From the IMG/VR virus record IMGVR_UViG_3300032309_002614, positions 25,836 to 89,835 of that record: a stretch of 64,000 bases of DNA; one strand, given 5' to 3'. Positions 37,996 to 47,362 of this stretch are shown piece after piece (position 1 is the stretch's first letter; each line of letters starts with the position of its first letter). The notes beneath the pieces are model-generated. The model had not been told where the DNA came from, made no database searches, and saw nothing but the letters and a program-made list of their open reading frames with translations. The translations under genes were made by a program, and so were the position numbers. The stretch comes from a virus. Its lineage: Duplodnaviria; Caudoviricetes.

Positions 37996-38762
37996 AATTC
38001 GATAGTCACAATAAAAAAATACTATTACTTTCTGATCTTCACAATAATATTGAGAAGTTTAATAAGATTATTCAGCACGAATCGGCAGACATAAACCTTT
38101 GTCTCGGCGATTGGTTTGATAGTTTTAATTTGGATGATTCCGATGATTATAAAAAGACTGCTGATTATTTGATGCGATATCTGTCTGCGCCAAATAATTA
38201 CACTCTTTTTGGTAATCATGATTTGCATTATTTATCTAATAATTATTATACTATTTGCAGTGGATATGAAGATAGAAAGTATTTTGCTATCTATGAAATA
38301 CTAGGATCTGAGCGTCAAAATATTACCAACAAGTTCAAATGGCGTTTTTGGATTGATGACTATCTTTGTACTCATGCTGGACTGTTTTCTGATTACATAG
38401 ATCCATCTGTTAAAAACAATGATGACTTGAATCTATTTTTTGTGAAAGAAATAGAACGCGCAAACATTGCTTTACGGACAGGCCAAAATCATTGGTTTTA
38501 TTATGCTGGCCGAAGTCGAGGTGGTCCCAAGAAAGGTGGAGGAATTGTTTGGCTAGATTTTAAACAAGAGTTTCAACCTATTGAAGGATTAAAACAAATC
38601 GTTGGTCACACTTATCATAAAAATGGTAGAGTTAATCCTCACCATTTAGATGGCAATGTGAATCCAGCAGATTGCAACAATCTTTGCATTGACAATGGAC
38701 TAAATGAGTATATAGTATTTAGCAACGGTAAGTTGGAAATTAAAAAATTTTTAGATATATGA
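37992..38762 (+). CDS. Calcineurin-like metallophosphoesterase
   Basis: SDLHN, GDWFD, GNHD, HAG, VGHT. Confidence 0.9.
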   Translation: MKFDSHNKKILLLSDLHNNIEKFNKIIQHESADINLCLGDWFDSFNLDDSDDYKKTADYLMRYLSAPNNYTLFGNHDLHYLSNNYYTICSGYEDRKYFAIYEILGSERQNITNKFKWRFWIDDYLCTHAGLFSDYIDPSVKNNDDLNLFFVKEIERANIALRTGQNHWFYYAGRSRGGPKKGGGIVWLDFKQEFQPIEGLKQIVGHTYHKNGRVNPHHLDGNVNPADCNNLCIDNGLNEYIVFSNGKLEIKKFLDI

Positions 38763-39433
38763 TTAATGATAAAAATGACAATAAAGTTCAGTTGCTAGGC
38801 TTCTATGGCGATGACAAAGTTCACGCTTGTTCAGCTTGGACTTCCACAAGCCGAGATTTAAATGAAGATAAAATTAATAGAATTCCTAAACTCCTTAAGA
38901 TGCTCGCTGATGCGGGGCATCATACTCCCTTTGAAAAGTCTAGCATTCACTTCTTAGTCGATACTGATATTGCTAGTCACATTCATCTTCTTAAGCATCG
39001 AGTCGGTGTATCTATTAATGGAGAGTCTGCTAGGTACAAGGAGATAAAGGAAGATAAGTATTTGATTCCTAGTGATTGGGGAGATATTGAATCTACCTTT
39101 GATAAAGAAGGAGTCCAAAATAGTAAATGGACTACAATACTTGAAGATTATACTCACCTTGGCAATACTCTTTATCATCAATGCGTTAAAGATCTTGAAC
39201 CAACTTTAGGTCGCAAGCGAGCTAAGGAATCTGCTCGATTCTTTAAGGCTTATAATTCTCAAATTCAAGCTGACGTTATGTTTAATTGGCGCAGTTTTTA
39301 TCACTTCCTTGAGCTTCGCAACAAGCCTGACGCTCAGAAAGAAATCCGAGAGATTGCTGCTGAGATGTTAAATCTGGTAAAGAATATTGAAGGCAACCCT
39401 TTCCAACATACAATTGCCGCATTTGAGCTATGA
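38759..39433 (+). CDS. thyX: Flavin-dependent thymidylate synthase
   Basis: GHHTPFE, HLLKHR...S...SARY, N.RS..HFLELR....AQ.EIR. Confidence 0.93.
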   Translation: MINDKNDNKVQLLGFYGDDKVHACSAWTSTSRDLNEDKINRIPKLLKMLADAGHHTPFEKSSIHFLVDTDIASHIHLLKHRVGVSINGESARYKEIKEDKYLIPSDWGDIESTFDKEGVQNSKWTTILEDYTHLGNTLYHQCVKDLEPTLGRKRAKESARFFKAYNSQIQADVMFNWRSFYHFLELRNKPDAQKEIREIAAEMLNLVKNIEGNPFQHTIAAFEL

Positions 39434-39825
39434 GTTATTATTTATTTTTAGATGATATTCGTTCGATTTCTGATGTCAGAAAATATTGTAATTTACCGAA
39501 TATAAATGACGAAGAGTGGACGGTTGTACGAAGCTACAAGGAATTTGTAGATTTAATCATATTGAGAGGAGTTCCTCAATTTGTATCTTTAGATCATGAT
39601 CTTGGAATTTCTTCATATTCAGAATGTTCTAATTCTGTTAAAAATGGTTATATAAACTACGAAAATATATGTGAAATGACTGGTTATGATGCCGCTAAAT
39701 GGTTGGTCGAGTATTGTATTCATAATAAATTAAAATTTCCACGTTATCAAGTCCACTCTATGAACCCCGTGGGAAAATGTAATATAGAATCTTATATAGA
39801 GTCATATTTTAGCAGTTATGCCTAG
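39430..39825 (+). CDS. Cyclic-phosphate-processing receiver-like domain protein
   Basis: LFLDD.R, VRSY.EF, SLDHDLG, TGYD.AKWL, HSMNPVG. Confidence 0.75.
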   Translation: MSYYLFLDDIRSISDVRKYCNLPNINDEEWTVVRSYKEFVDLIILRGVPQFVSLDHDLGISSYSECSNSVKNGYINYENICEMTGYDAAKWLVEYCIHNKLKFPRYQVHSMNPVGKCNIESYIESYFSSYA

Positions 39826-40527
39826 AAGATGTTTCCATAAATGACCATTACGAATACTTGATATGTTTGAGGTAGACATGTTAAATTTTTTTGACAATTC
39901 TACTCCACTGCCTCTATATTTTGGATAATTTCTAATATATGAAATATCTTCTTCAGATAGATTTGTGTGAGCTTCTCTTATGGCGCGTTTTGTCTCTTCA
40001 GTGTGAGTTTTTCCAAAAAAATTATTCTTTTCTCCAAGTTTAGCGGCGCGTAATTTTTTTATAGTTTCTTCACTCGGAGACTTACCAAACATAGGATGCG
40101 ATGATCCGGTTTGAGCTTTACTCATTTTGATTTTAGTTTCAATTGAATGTGGAACTCCTTTGTTAGGAGCGACTCTGCCTTTTAATTTTTTACTCAATTT
40201 TTTTCTAACGTCATCAGTAAATTCAACAGATCCAGCGATGAATGAAAGATTATAACATTTATCTTGTTCATTTTTTGCTGCATCCAAAAAACTTTGTTCA
40301 ACATCAATCAGTTCAGATCTATCAGATGTGCATTCTTTTATTATGATAAATTCAAAATTGCTCTCTCCATATTTGTTCCACGCATGTTGAAGTTTTAAAT
40401 TTTTATGAATTTGTTTATTAAGAGTCCGTCTATGCTGCGTCCATCTTATAAAAATATTTTTAGAACTTCCAACATAATACTTTCCATTTAATTTATTAAT
40501 TATTTTATATATTCCGCTTATTTTCAT
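39802..40527 (-). mobile_element. GIY-YIG homing endonuclease with NUMOD3 repeats
   Basis: SGIYKI.N..NGKYYVGSS, R..QH, EQ, YN; HSIETKIKMS, HTEETK. Confidence 0.92.
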
Positions 40528-40648
40528 GGTAGGTCTTTAAATTTTTTTCTTTTATAATGGATTTATTTTTTAAATAATATTTAGCTGATTTTTCGCGTAT
40601 TGCTTGTTTTAACTCTTTTTGAGTATTGTATTTCTTTTTTCTCCCCAT
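40505..40648 (-). CDS. Small basic protein preceding the GIY-YIG gene
   Basis: MGRKKKYNTQKELKQA...; GTGTAT 8 nt upstream on the - strand. Confidence 0.65.
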   Translation of the reverse strand: MGRKKKYNTQKELKQAIREKSAKYYLKNKSIIKEKNLKTYHENKRNI

Positions 40649-40762
40649 ATAATAAAATACACTAAATTTAAATAAAAGTGATAAAAAAGTCATAAAAATA
40701 TATTGACAAATGCAGTATATAGTCTACGATATTAGTTGTATTAATTCTTATAATAAAGCACT

Positions 40763-41431
40763 ATGAGCTATCAACTTCCATTCGATTTCGAAACGCCAGA
40801 ACAAAAAGAACAACGTCTTAAAGACTGGCATGATCAACAAATAAAGCTAAACAAGATGTTTGAAGGAAAAGCTAATGATTATTATATATATAATAAATAT
40901 GTAGATCAGTTTATTGATTTTCTTCCTTATCGACTTGGATGGGGACTCAGAGGAAATTATAATGAATTGCGTTGGTGGATTAAATGCCAATACCAGAAAT
41001 TCCGTTATGGAGTTTCTGATGATGAAGTTTACTCTTTAGAAACTAATATTGCTAAATATATGGTTCCTCGTTTGCAATATTTCAAGAAGAAAGGTAAAAT
41101 GGGCATTCCAATGAAATTTTTGCCTAGTAATTACAACAATCTACAAGATGAAGATAGAGAAAAAGCGGAAAAGATCGGTGAAAAAGAAATTAATCGCATC
41201 TTGGATGAAATGATTTTTGCTTTTGATTATATTATCGATTCTGATAAGTATGTAACTTTTCCTAAATCGTGTAGTTGGGATATTAAAGATAAAAATTATT
41301 TCAATAGAGAAAAAAATCTTGAAGCAAAACAAGCTTGGGACGAATATACAAAAACATGCGATCAACTCGAAACTCGTAAAAAACAAGGTTTACAATTATT
41401 CGTAGACCACATGGATATGTTGTGGATATAA
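40763..41431 (+). CDS. Hypothetical protein
   Basis: 222-aa ORF; ILDEMIFAF...GLQLF. Confidence 0.75.
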   Translation: MSYQLPFDFETPEQKEQRLKDWHDQQIKLNKMFEGKANDYYIYNKYVDQFIDFLPYRLGWGLRGNYNELRWWIKCQYQKFRYGVSDDEVYSLETNIAKYMVPRLQYFKKKGKMGIPMKFLPSNYNNLQDEDREKAEKIGEKEINRILDEMIFAFDYIIDSDKYVTFPKSCSWDIKDKNYFNREKNLEAKQAWDEYTKTCDQLETRKKQGLQLFVDHMDMLWI

Positions 41432-41770
41432 ATGAAATTATTATTAGCAATATTACTTCTTAGTTTAGTTTATGTTATTGGATGGTATCAACTTCATGGA
41501 CAATTCTTATCTGAATGGTTCAAGAAGTATGAATACTATCTAATATTTATTAGTGTACCAACAACATTAATATCAATTCGCGCCATCAAATTAATTAATG
41601 AACATTTTAATGGTTTGATTTGGCCCAACAGAATATTAACTTTTACTATAGGTATAATACTTTTTACTTTCTTAACTTCTTATCATTTTGGTGAGAAATT
41701 AAGTTTAAAGACGTTGACATTATTATGTCTTTGCGGTATTATAGTTACACTTCAAGTCTTTTGGAAATGA
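41432..41770 (+). CDS. Small 4-TM membrane protein (DMT/SMR-like size)
   Basis: Four hydrophobic helices, FGEKLS...L. Confidence 0.6.
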   Translation: MKLLLAILLLSLVYVIGWYQLHGQFLSEWFKKYEYYLIFISVPTTLISIRAIKLINEHFNGLIWPNRILTFTIGIILFTFLTSYHFGEKLSLKTLTLLCLCGIIVTLQVFWK

Positions 41771-41961
41771 AATTCACTCCTCAACAAATCGAACTCTTAA
41801 TTAAGACTCGCGATGAAATAAGAGATTTAACCGAAAAACAACATAAATCCTATGATATTCTTATTAAAGAATTGAATATATCGGTTCATGCTGAAGATTG
41901 GCTATTTGATTATATATATAATGAGTGTGGTAGCATAGAAGACTTAGAATCAAAGATGTAA
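41767..41961 (+). CDS. Hypothetical protein
   Basis: ATG 41767 (ATGA overlap). Confidence 0.65.
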   Translation: MKFTPQQIELLIKTRDEIRDLTEKQHKSYDILIKELNISVHAEDWLFDYIYNECGSIEDLESKM

Positions 41962-42290
41962 TGGATTTGACTTCAGCAATAATAGGACATCTTATTGCAG
42001 ATTATCTTCTGCAATTCGATTTCATTGCTGAGAATAAGAAAAAAAGCCATATAATTTGTGCAATTCATTGTTTAATTTGGACTTTATTAGTTTGTCACAT
42101 GGGCCAAATTTTCAGTATTACAGCTTTTTTTATTTTATTTGCGTCTCACTTTATCCAAGATAGATGGAATTTAATTCCTTGGTATATGAAAATTATTGGA
42201 CAAAAGAATTTCACTAAACCCCCCCTCGCGCCTTGGTCACTGATTGTTGTTGACAATGTTTGGCACATATTTACTATATGGATAATATAA
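41961..42290 (+). CDS. DUF3307-like membrane protein
   Basis: HLIADYLLQ, H..I, SHFIQD, DNVWH. Confidence 0.75.
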   Translation: MDLTSAIIGHLIADYLLQFDFIAENKKKSHIICAIHCLIWTLLVCHMGQIFSITAFFILFASHFIQDRWNLIPWYMKIIGQKNFTKPPLAPWSLIVVDNVWHIFTIWII

Positions 42291-42294
42291 AGTT

Positions 42295-42477
42295 ATGCAT
42301 CAACCAAGTTTTTATTTAACTTTGGATCTTCCTAAGAATTTTACTAGAGAAGATGCTGAAAATATTCAAAAAGATATCCTTGACTTTCTTGAAGGCAAAC
42401 GCCATTATGGTGCGAAATATGATGGAAAAAATGGAATAACCGTTAAAGTCATCAGCGTATTAACAAATCATGATTGA
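42295..42477 (+). CDS. Hypothetical protein
   Basis: 60-aa ORF. Confidence 0.6.
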   Translation: MHQPSFYLTLDLPKNFTREDAENIQKDILDFLEGKRHYGAKYDGKNGITVKVISVLTNHD

Positions 42478-42637
42478 AAAATCTATAGAACGTCTTCGTG
42501 CTTATAACGATTGGCGAATTGGTAAAGATGAACGAACAATGGAAGAAGCTGGAATTACACCAAGTCAAATAACAATTGATTTGCAAAATGTTCTTAATGA
42601 GCTTGAGAAATTAATAAAAATGCGCGACTCTGAATAA
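42470..42637 (+). CDS. Small hypothetical protein (55 aa, not in track)
   Basis: MIEKSIERLRAYNDWRIG... Confidence 0.6.
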   Translation: MIEKSIERLRAYNDWRIGKDERTMEEAGITPSQITIDLQNVLNELEKLIKMRDSE

Positions 42638-42641
42638 TTAT

Positions 42642-42848
42642 ATGAAAAAAGTTGTTACTTCTAAATTTTTCTTAGTTCTTGCTAGAACTATAGATCATCG
42701 TGTTGGTCTTGACGACAACGAAAGACCTGATATTCCTATTTTACCATTAAACTATGCTTTATTTTCTTTCTTTTTGAGATTTTTAATAGTTATGATTAAT
42801 TTTATAACTTGTACGTTTGTTATTTTTAGTATTATTCATCATTGGTAA
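42642..42848 (+). CDS. Small membrane protein
   Basis: Hydrophobic C-terminal half. Confidence 0.55.
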   Translation: MKKVVTSKFFLVLARTIDHRVGLDDNERPDIPILPLNYALFSFFLRFLIVMINFITCTFVIFSIIHHW

Positions 42849-42854
42849 TGTTGA

Positions 42855-43247
42855 ATGAAGCAAAAAATAATAAAAAAAGCCGTAGAAACGGCTTATGCTT
42901 TATGCCCCATCAATTGGAAAAACGTTGATAATTCTCATATCGCTTTTCTTGTTAAAAAAAATAAGATAGTAAAAATTGGGTGGAATAGAAAAAGAACTCA
43001 CCCCAAAATCGCGAAACATCCGTATCACGATGGATACGTTGGTACTCATGCGGAGTTAGATGTCATTCTCAAATCAGGGCTTGACAATCTCGACGATCAC
43101 TCTATGATCGTTCTTAGAGTTGACAGGAAAGGCCGTTTAGCTAACAGTAAACCGTGTCCCGGCTGTTTGAGCTTAATTAAGTCATACAACGTCAATGAGG
43201 TTTTTTATTCAGACACTGAAGGTAATATTGAAAAATTATCAAATTAA
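42855..43247 (+). CDS. Cytidine/deoxycytidylate deaminase-fold protein
   Basis: HAELD, SKPCPGC. Confidence 0.8.
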   Translation: MKQKIIKKAVETAYALCPINWKNVDNSHIAFLVKKNKIVKIGWNRKRTHPKIAKHPYHDGYVGTHAELDVILKSGLDNLDDHSMIVLRVDRKGRLANSKPCPGCLSLIKSYNVNEVFYSDTEGNIEKLSN

Positions 43248-43284
43248 CCTTGACTATGTCTGAGCATAGATTATTATAAACGAA

Positions 43285-43515
43285 ATGATTAAAGATTTAT
43301 ATATGAAGAATATTAATGACAAGATACTTGTTCAAAGTGACGATCTAAAGTTTGATGGTAAAAATATTATTATTCCATCTTATTATGTTGATACCATCTT
43401 GGACTATGTTAAAGATTACAAGCTTAATGGAGTGCCTTTAGTCGATATTGAGGATTATCAGTTGTTTCGCAATTTCTTGTATGATGTGCAAGAGTTTAAA
43501 AATAAAGGAAATTAA
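43285..43515 (+). CDS. Hypothetical protein
   Basis: 76-aa ORF after a TTGACT promoter-like site. Confidence 0.65.
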   Translation: MIKDLYMKNINDKILVQSDDLKFDGKNIIIPSYYVDTILDYVKDYKLNGVPLVDIEDYQLFRNFLYDVQEFKNKGN

Positions 43516-43518
43516 TTT

Positions 43519-43541
43519 ATGGGAATGGTTCCCATTCCCAT
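43519..43541. repeat. Inverted repeat/hairpin before the LAGLIDADG gene
   Basis: ATGGGAATGG-TTC-CCATTCCCAT. Confidence 0.8.
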
Positions 43542-43562
43542 ATTTTAGTGTAATCATTTATA

Positions 43563-44228
43563 ATGTATAAAATAAATAAAGATTATTTCAAATTTATAAA
43601 TAATAAAGATAAAGCTTATTTTTTAGGTCTTTTTTACGCTGATGGCAATAATTATGTGGCAGGCAAAATAAAACAAGCTTCTTTAGAATTGCTGTTAGAA
43701 GATATTAAAATCATACAAATGTTAAAAAATAAAATAGAGACAGATAAACCAATTAAACTTAGAAAAGCGAAAACAGATAAAAATTCTTTTAAAATAAAAG
43801 AAAGATGTGGCCTAGTTTTATCTAGCCATCAAATTTCTGACGACTTATGCAAACATGGATGCATCCCTAGAAAAACTTTTAATTTAAAATTCCCTTCTGA
43901 AGAGTCTCTTTCTAAACAATTTTATCCATCCTTTATAAGGGGTTATTTTGATGGAGATGGATGCGTATATACAGGAAAAAGTATTATGAGTTCTATATGC
44001 GGTTATCATCCATTTATTTATCATTTATTTAACCTTCTTAAGAAAGAAAATTTAAACGTTAAGCTTTACCTTCATAAAAGAATTAAATCTTTTTCAGTGT
44101 TGTATATACAAGGAAAAAAAGATAATATAGATTTTTATAATTATCTATATGATGAAAGCGAGTTATTCTTAGATAGAAAAAAAGAAAAATTTATGGATAT
44201 AATTAAAATGCAGAAAGGGCAAGGGTAA
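43563..44228 (+). mobile_element. Double-motif LAGLIDADG homing endonuclease
   Basis: AYFLGLFYADG and FIRGYFDGDG. Confidence 0.92.
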
Positions 44229-44238
44229 ATCTATCGGA

Positions 44239-44820
44239 ATGTACAATAGCGTAGATTGTCACTATCCACTGCCAATGCCAGAAGACCCAAAAGGTTATAC
44301 TGGTTCGCATGGTTTTCAAACTAAAGATTTTGAATGCGCTTTAGATGTTTATGTTATTGACAAAGATGGTCAATTGCTTATTGAACGTCGAGATTCAGAA
44401 TGGATAGAAGGAGATCCAAATGGCAAAAGCTTTTTAGATAAAATGGGTCATGTAAAAACCATAAAGACTTGGCTTGAGCCTTTGACCAATACTTGTACAA
44501 TACAATTTTATGATTTTATTGATTCTAATAAGACTGATTATGATTACTTCATAACTTATGAAGCTGTATTTATTAACGGCAAAATCTCTTCAGTAAAGAT
44601 TATAAATTTTGAAGCGAATGAAAACGCCAAAAGAAAGATCCGAGATGCCGAGTTTGCCAAGAAAAATAAAGAAAACTATCAATTTAGACAGACTTGGCAA
44701 TACAAGTATTTTGTAAAGCCGTACAATCGTGTTATTAGTTTTATATTTTTTAAAACCATTAAAGTTTTATCTTTCTTATCTACTATGCTTTATAAGATAG
44801 AAAGAAATATTAGAATATGA
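44239..44820 (+). CDS. Hypothetical protein
   Basis: 193-aa ORF, FQTKD...Y.I...G.L. Confidence 0.75.
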   Translation: MYNSVDCHYPLPMPEDPKGYTGSHGFQTKDFECALDVYVIDKDGQLLIERRDSEWIEGDPNGKSFLDKMGHVKTIKTWLEPLTNTCTIQFYDFIDSNKTDYDYFITYEAVFINGKISSVKIINFEANENAKRKIRDAEFAKKNKENYQFRQTWQYKYFVKPYNRVISFIFFKTIKVLSFLSTMLYKIERNIRI

Positions 44821-45062
44821 AAGAAGAAAAAGATTCGGCATTTCTTATTTGCGATTGTTTTAGTCACGGGCTTCTTGTCGAGAAGTTCGAAGGCGAAGAA
44901 GAAGTGTGTTTGAGTCTATTTGAAAGAGGAATGGATGGCAGAATCTTAAGGTGGTCAGAAAGATTAAGATGGTGTTGGCAAATACTTAGATATGGAAAAC
45001 CTTGGTCTGACTTTGTAATATTAAATACAGAGAATCAGAAAAAGTTAAAAGAATTTTTATGA
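44817..45062 (+). CDS. Hypothetical protein
   Basis: 81-aa coupled ORF. Confidence 0.7.
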   Translation: MKEEKDSAFLICDCFSHGLLVEKFEGEEEVCLSLFERGMDGRILRWSERLRWCWQILRYGKPWSDFVILNTENQKKLKEFL

Positions 45063-45328
45063 AATTCAAGAATTTTGAGGGTGTAGAATATACAGTTAAT
45101 TACAATAAACCACACGCAAGATTTCATGCTTCTGGTTTGTGCGATTCTCCAGAAATAGAAAACCCTCAAATTCATGTTGATCCAACATTGTTAACTCGCC
45201 GCCAACTAAATGCGTTAATTGAAGAAGTGTTTCATGCACATCTTTTTGAATTACCTGAAAAGAAAGCTAGAAAGTTTGCCGCCAATTTAGGCAAACTTGT
45301 GTATAATAGATTTATAAAGAAACGATGA
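45059..45328 (+). CDS. Hypothetical protein (zincin-like EEVFH motif)
   Basis: GLCD...I.VD...ALIEEVFHAH. Confidence 0.65.
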   Translation: MKFKNFEGVEYTVNYNKPHARFHASGLCDSPEIENPQIHVDPTLLTRRQLNALIEEVFHAHLFELPEKKARKFAANLGKLVYNRFIKKR

Positions 45329-45332
45329 ACGA

Positions 45333-45713
45333 TTATTTAACTCCAGAAATAACTACAGGAAAAACATCTGAAGTCCAAGGTATGGGAAGTTGAACAATCG
45401 GCGGAATTAATTGATTTTCTATTTTAGAAAACGAAGCTTTTTCATAATTATTTTTTGTTTCAGATCCTATAACATCCCATACCCAAGATAATACCTGTGA
45501 TTCTTTCAAGCCAGTATAAGGCGTAAACTCTCCGGTATTTTTAGGAATTTCTGTAACGCTGAAAGTTCTTCCATATAATGGTCCTCCACTAATACCAGAA
45601 TAATAAGTCAAACAGTCCCAATGAACATTAAATACATAATCTTTTGCTCCACTAAAATCAGGATAACAATCCATTGATGTTATTTGCCATTTTAACTGTA
45701 AGTCATCAACCAT
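45333..45713 (-). CDS. Probable tail/virion-associated protein
   Basis: WQITSMDCYP...VFNVHW...FTPY..L.E.QVL.W..LPW; start ATG 45713 has GTGTAT 8 nt upstream. Confidence 0.6.
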   Translation of the reverse strand: MVDDLQLKWQITSMDCYPDFSGAKDYVFNVHWDCLTYYSGISGGPLYGRTFSVTEIPKNTGEFTPYTGLKESQVLSWVWDVIGSETKNNYEKASFSKIENQLIPPIVQLPIPWTSDVFPVVISGVK

Positions 45714-45803
45714 ATCTTTATATACACATGATAAAATATTTTTCGTTATTTTCATTTATTTTTTCACAAGTTCGCGTATGATATGTACAATTAGAATATA
45801 AGT

Positions 45804-45968
45804 ATGAAAAAATGTTTATATTGTAGCGAATTTATCGACACTGAAAATGACGATTACCAAAAAGTTGGTAAGAAGTTAGTTTGTGTATTCTGCTATGAAG
45901 ATTATGCAGATGAAATAGACAATAATTTTTCAGACGATGATGAAGATGATTGTCGCGAAAATGAATAA
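45804..45968 (+). CDS. Small Zn-finger protein with acidic tail (not in track)
   Basis: CLYC...CVFC...DDDEDD. Confidence 0.6.
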   Translation: MKKCLYCSEFIDTENDDYQKVGKKLVCVFCYEDYADEIDNNFSDDDEDDCRENE

Positions 45969-46159
45969 ATAGTGTAATATATAGTAGCGCAAATATAAAC
46001 TGTTCAAACTTTGATCTATTGATTAAAAAACAGCAAGACCCGAAGCGCATCAAGCTTGTGTTTGATATCGGGTCTTTTTTCGTCCCCACCCCTCACTTTT
46101 CTCAAAAAATCTTGCGAAGCCCCTTGACAGCACCTAAAAACCTGATAAAGTGGTCGCGT

Positions 46160-46411
46160 ATGGAAAATCCATCAGCTAAAAAAGGTCGTGGTCGCCCCAT
46201 TGGTGCAACCTCCACTATTGAAATCACGTTGGCCGAGCTTCTCGCGAAGCTTAACAACGATGTGAATGCCACTGTTACTGTTGGCCGTGTTTGGTATGAC
46301 AAGTACAGCAACGTTCCTACAGCGTCGGTTCAGGACGGTGATTCACTTCCTCAAGAGATTCAGAATCAGCTTGACGAAGAGCCTGTTGCAGAGTTCACTA
46401 TTACCCAGTAA
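46160..46411 (+). CDS. Small DNA-binding candidate with AT-hook-like motif
   Basis: KKGRGRP; promoter TTGACA(46124)-N16-TAAAGT. Confidence 0.65.
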   Translation: MENPSAKKGRGRPIGATSTIEITLAELLAKLNNDVNATVTVGRVWYDKYSNVPTASVQDGDSLPQEIQNQLDEEPVAEFTITQ

Positions 46412-47340
46412 TGAACTACTTCGCTGAACTTGTTGGGCAAGAAGAAGTCAAACGCAAGCTTTCATTTTATTTGGAAGCTCATGATAAGACCGAACTTGTA
46501 CCGTTTTTGAACTTCGTTGGCGCAAAAGGTTTAGGCAAGACTGCATTTGTTCGCGAATTTGCCAAGAATATTTACAATACCACCGGAGTCAATAAGCCAC
46601 TACTTGAGCTAAATAGCTCTAGTATTAAATCGGGGAATCAGTTTTTCGAACAAGTTTTTCTGCCCCATATTCAAGATCAAGAAATTATTTGTTTCTTTGA
46701 TGAAGCGCATTGTCTGCCAAGAGACTTTACTTACGCATTACTTTCTATTCTCTCTACAGAGAAAGATCATGTAATTGATTATAATGCTGGCAAAGCAAAT
46801 TATATCTTCAATTTCAAGAAGCATCATTTTATATTCGCGACAACTGAATCAGATAAGCTATTTATTCCGTTGCGTGATCGATTGACGACGATTGAATTTG
46901 CAGATTATAATACAAACGAATTGAAGGAAATTTTTCAAAAAGCTCTACCAAATATTGAGTTTGATGAAGAAGCGTTGTCAATGTTGTCTGAAACTTCCCG
47001 AGGCAACGCGAGATCTTGTGTGCTTCGCGCCAAAGAAGTCAAGCTTTACGCTGATCGATACGAGATCACGCGATTTACCAAAGAAGACGCTGAGAAGTTG
47101 TTTTATATTCTTGATATTCTTCCTTACGGTTTGAATAGAATTGAGTGGCAGATACTAAATATTTTGCGTAAAGAAGGTAGCTGTACTCTTTCTATGCTCG
47201 CTGCAAAAACTGGTTTGTCAAGAACCGCGATTCAAAGGGATTTTGAATTGTATCTTATTCGTAAAGGGTTTATTAGTATTGATAATGTTAGATATATTAC
47301 GAGTAATGGATGCAAAGTATTAGAAGGTGTGAAGAAATAG
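46411..47340 (+). CDS. ruvB: RuvB-like Holliday junction branch-migration ATPase
   Basis: GQE.VK, GAKGLGKT, FFDEAH, ATTE...L..PLRDR, SRGNAR, E.YLIRKGFI. Confidence 0.85.
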   Translation: MNYFAELVGQEEVKRKLSFYLEAHDKTELVPFLNFVGAKGLGKTAFVREFAKNIYNTTGVNKPLLELNSSSIKSGNQFFEQVFLPHIQDQEIICFFDEAHCLPRDFTYALLSILSTEKDHVIDYNAGKANYIFNFKKHHFIFATTESDKLFIPLRDRLTTIEFADYNTNELKEIFQKALPNIEFDEEALSMLSETSRGNARSCVLRAKEVKLYADRYEITRFTKEDAEKLFYILDILPYGLNRIEWQILNILRKEGSCTLSMLAAKTGLSRTAIQRDFELYLIRKGFISIDNVRYITSNGCKVLEGVKK

Positions 47341-47362
47341 TGTAAGATATTATACATTTGAT

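Noticed and set aside
46019-46159. N-terminal extensions of track ORFs (46019, also 27704, 47408, 52636, 52649, 45755)
   Set aside because: They run through terminators, promoters or tRNAs; downstream ATGs fit the promoter spacing.
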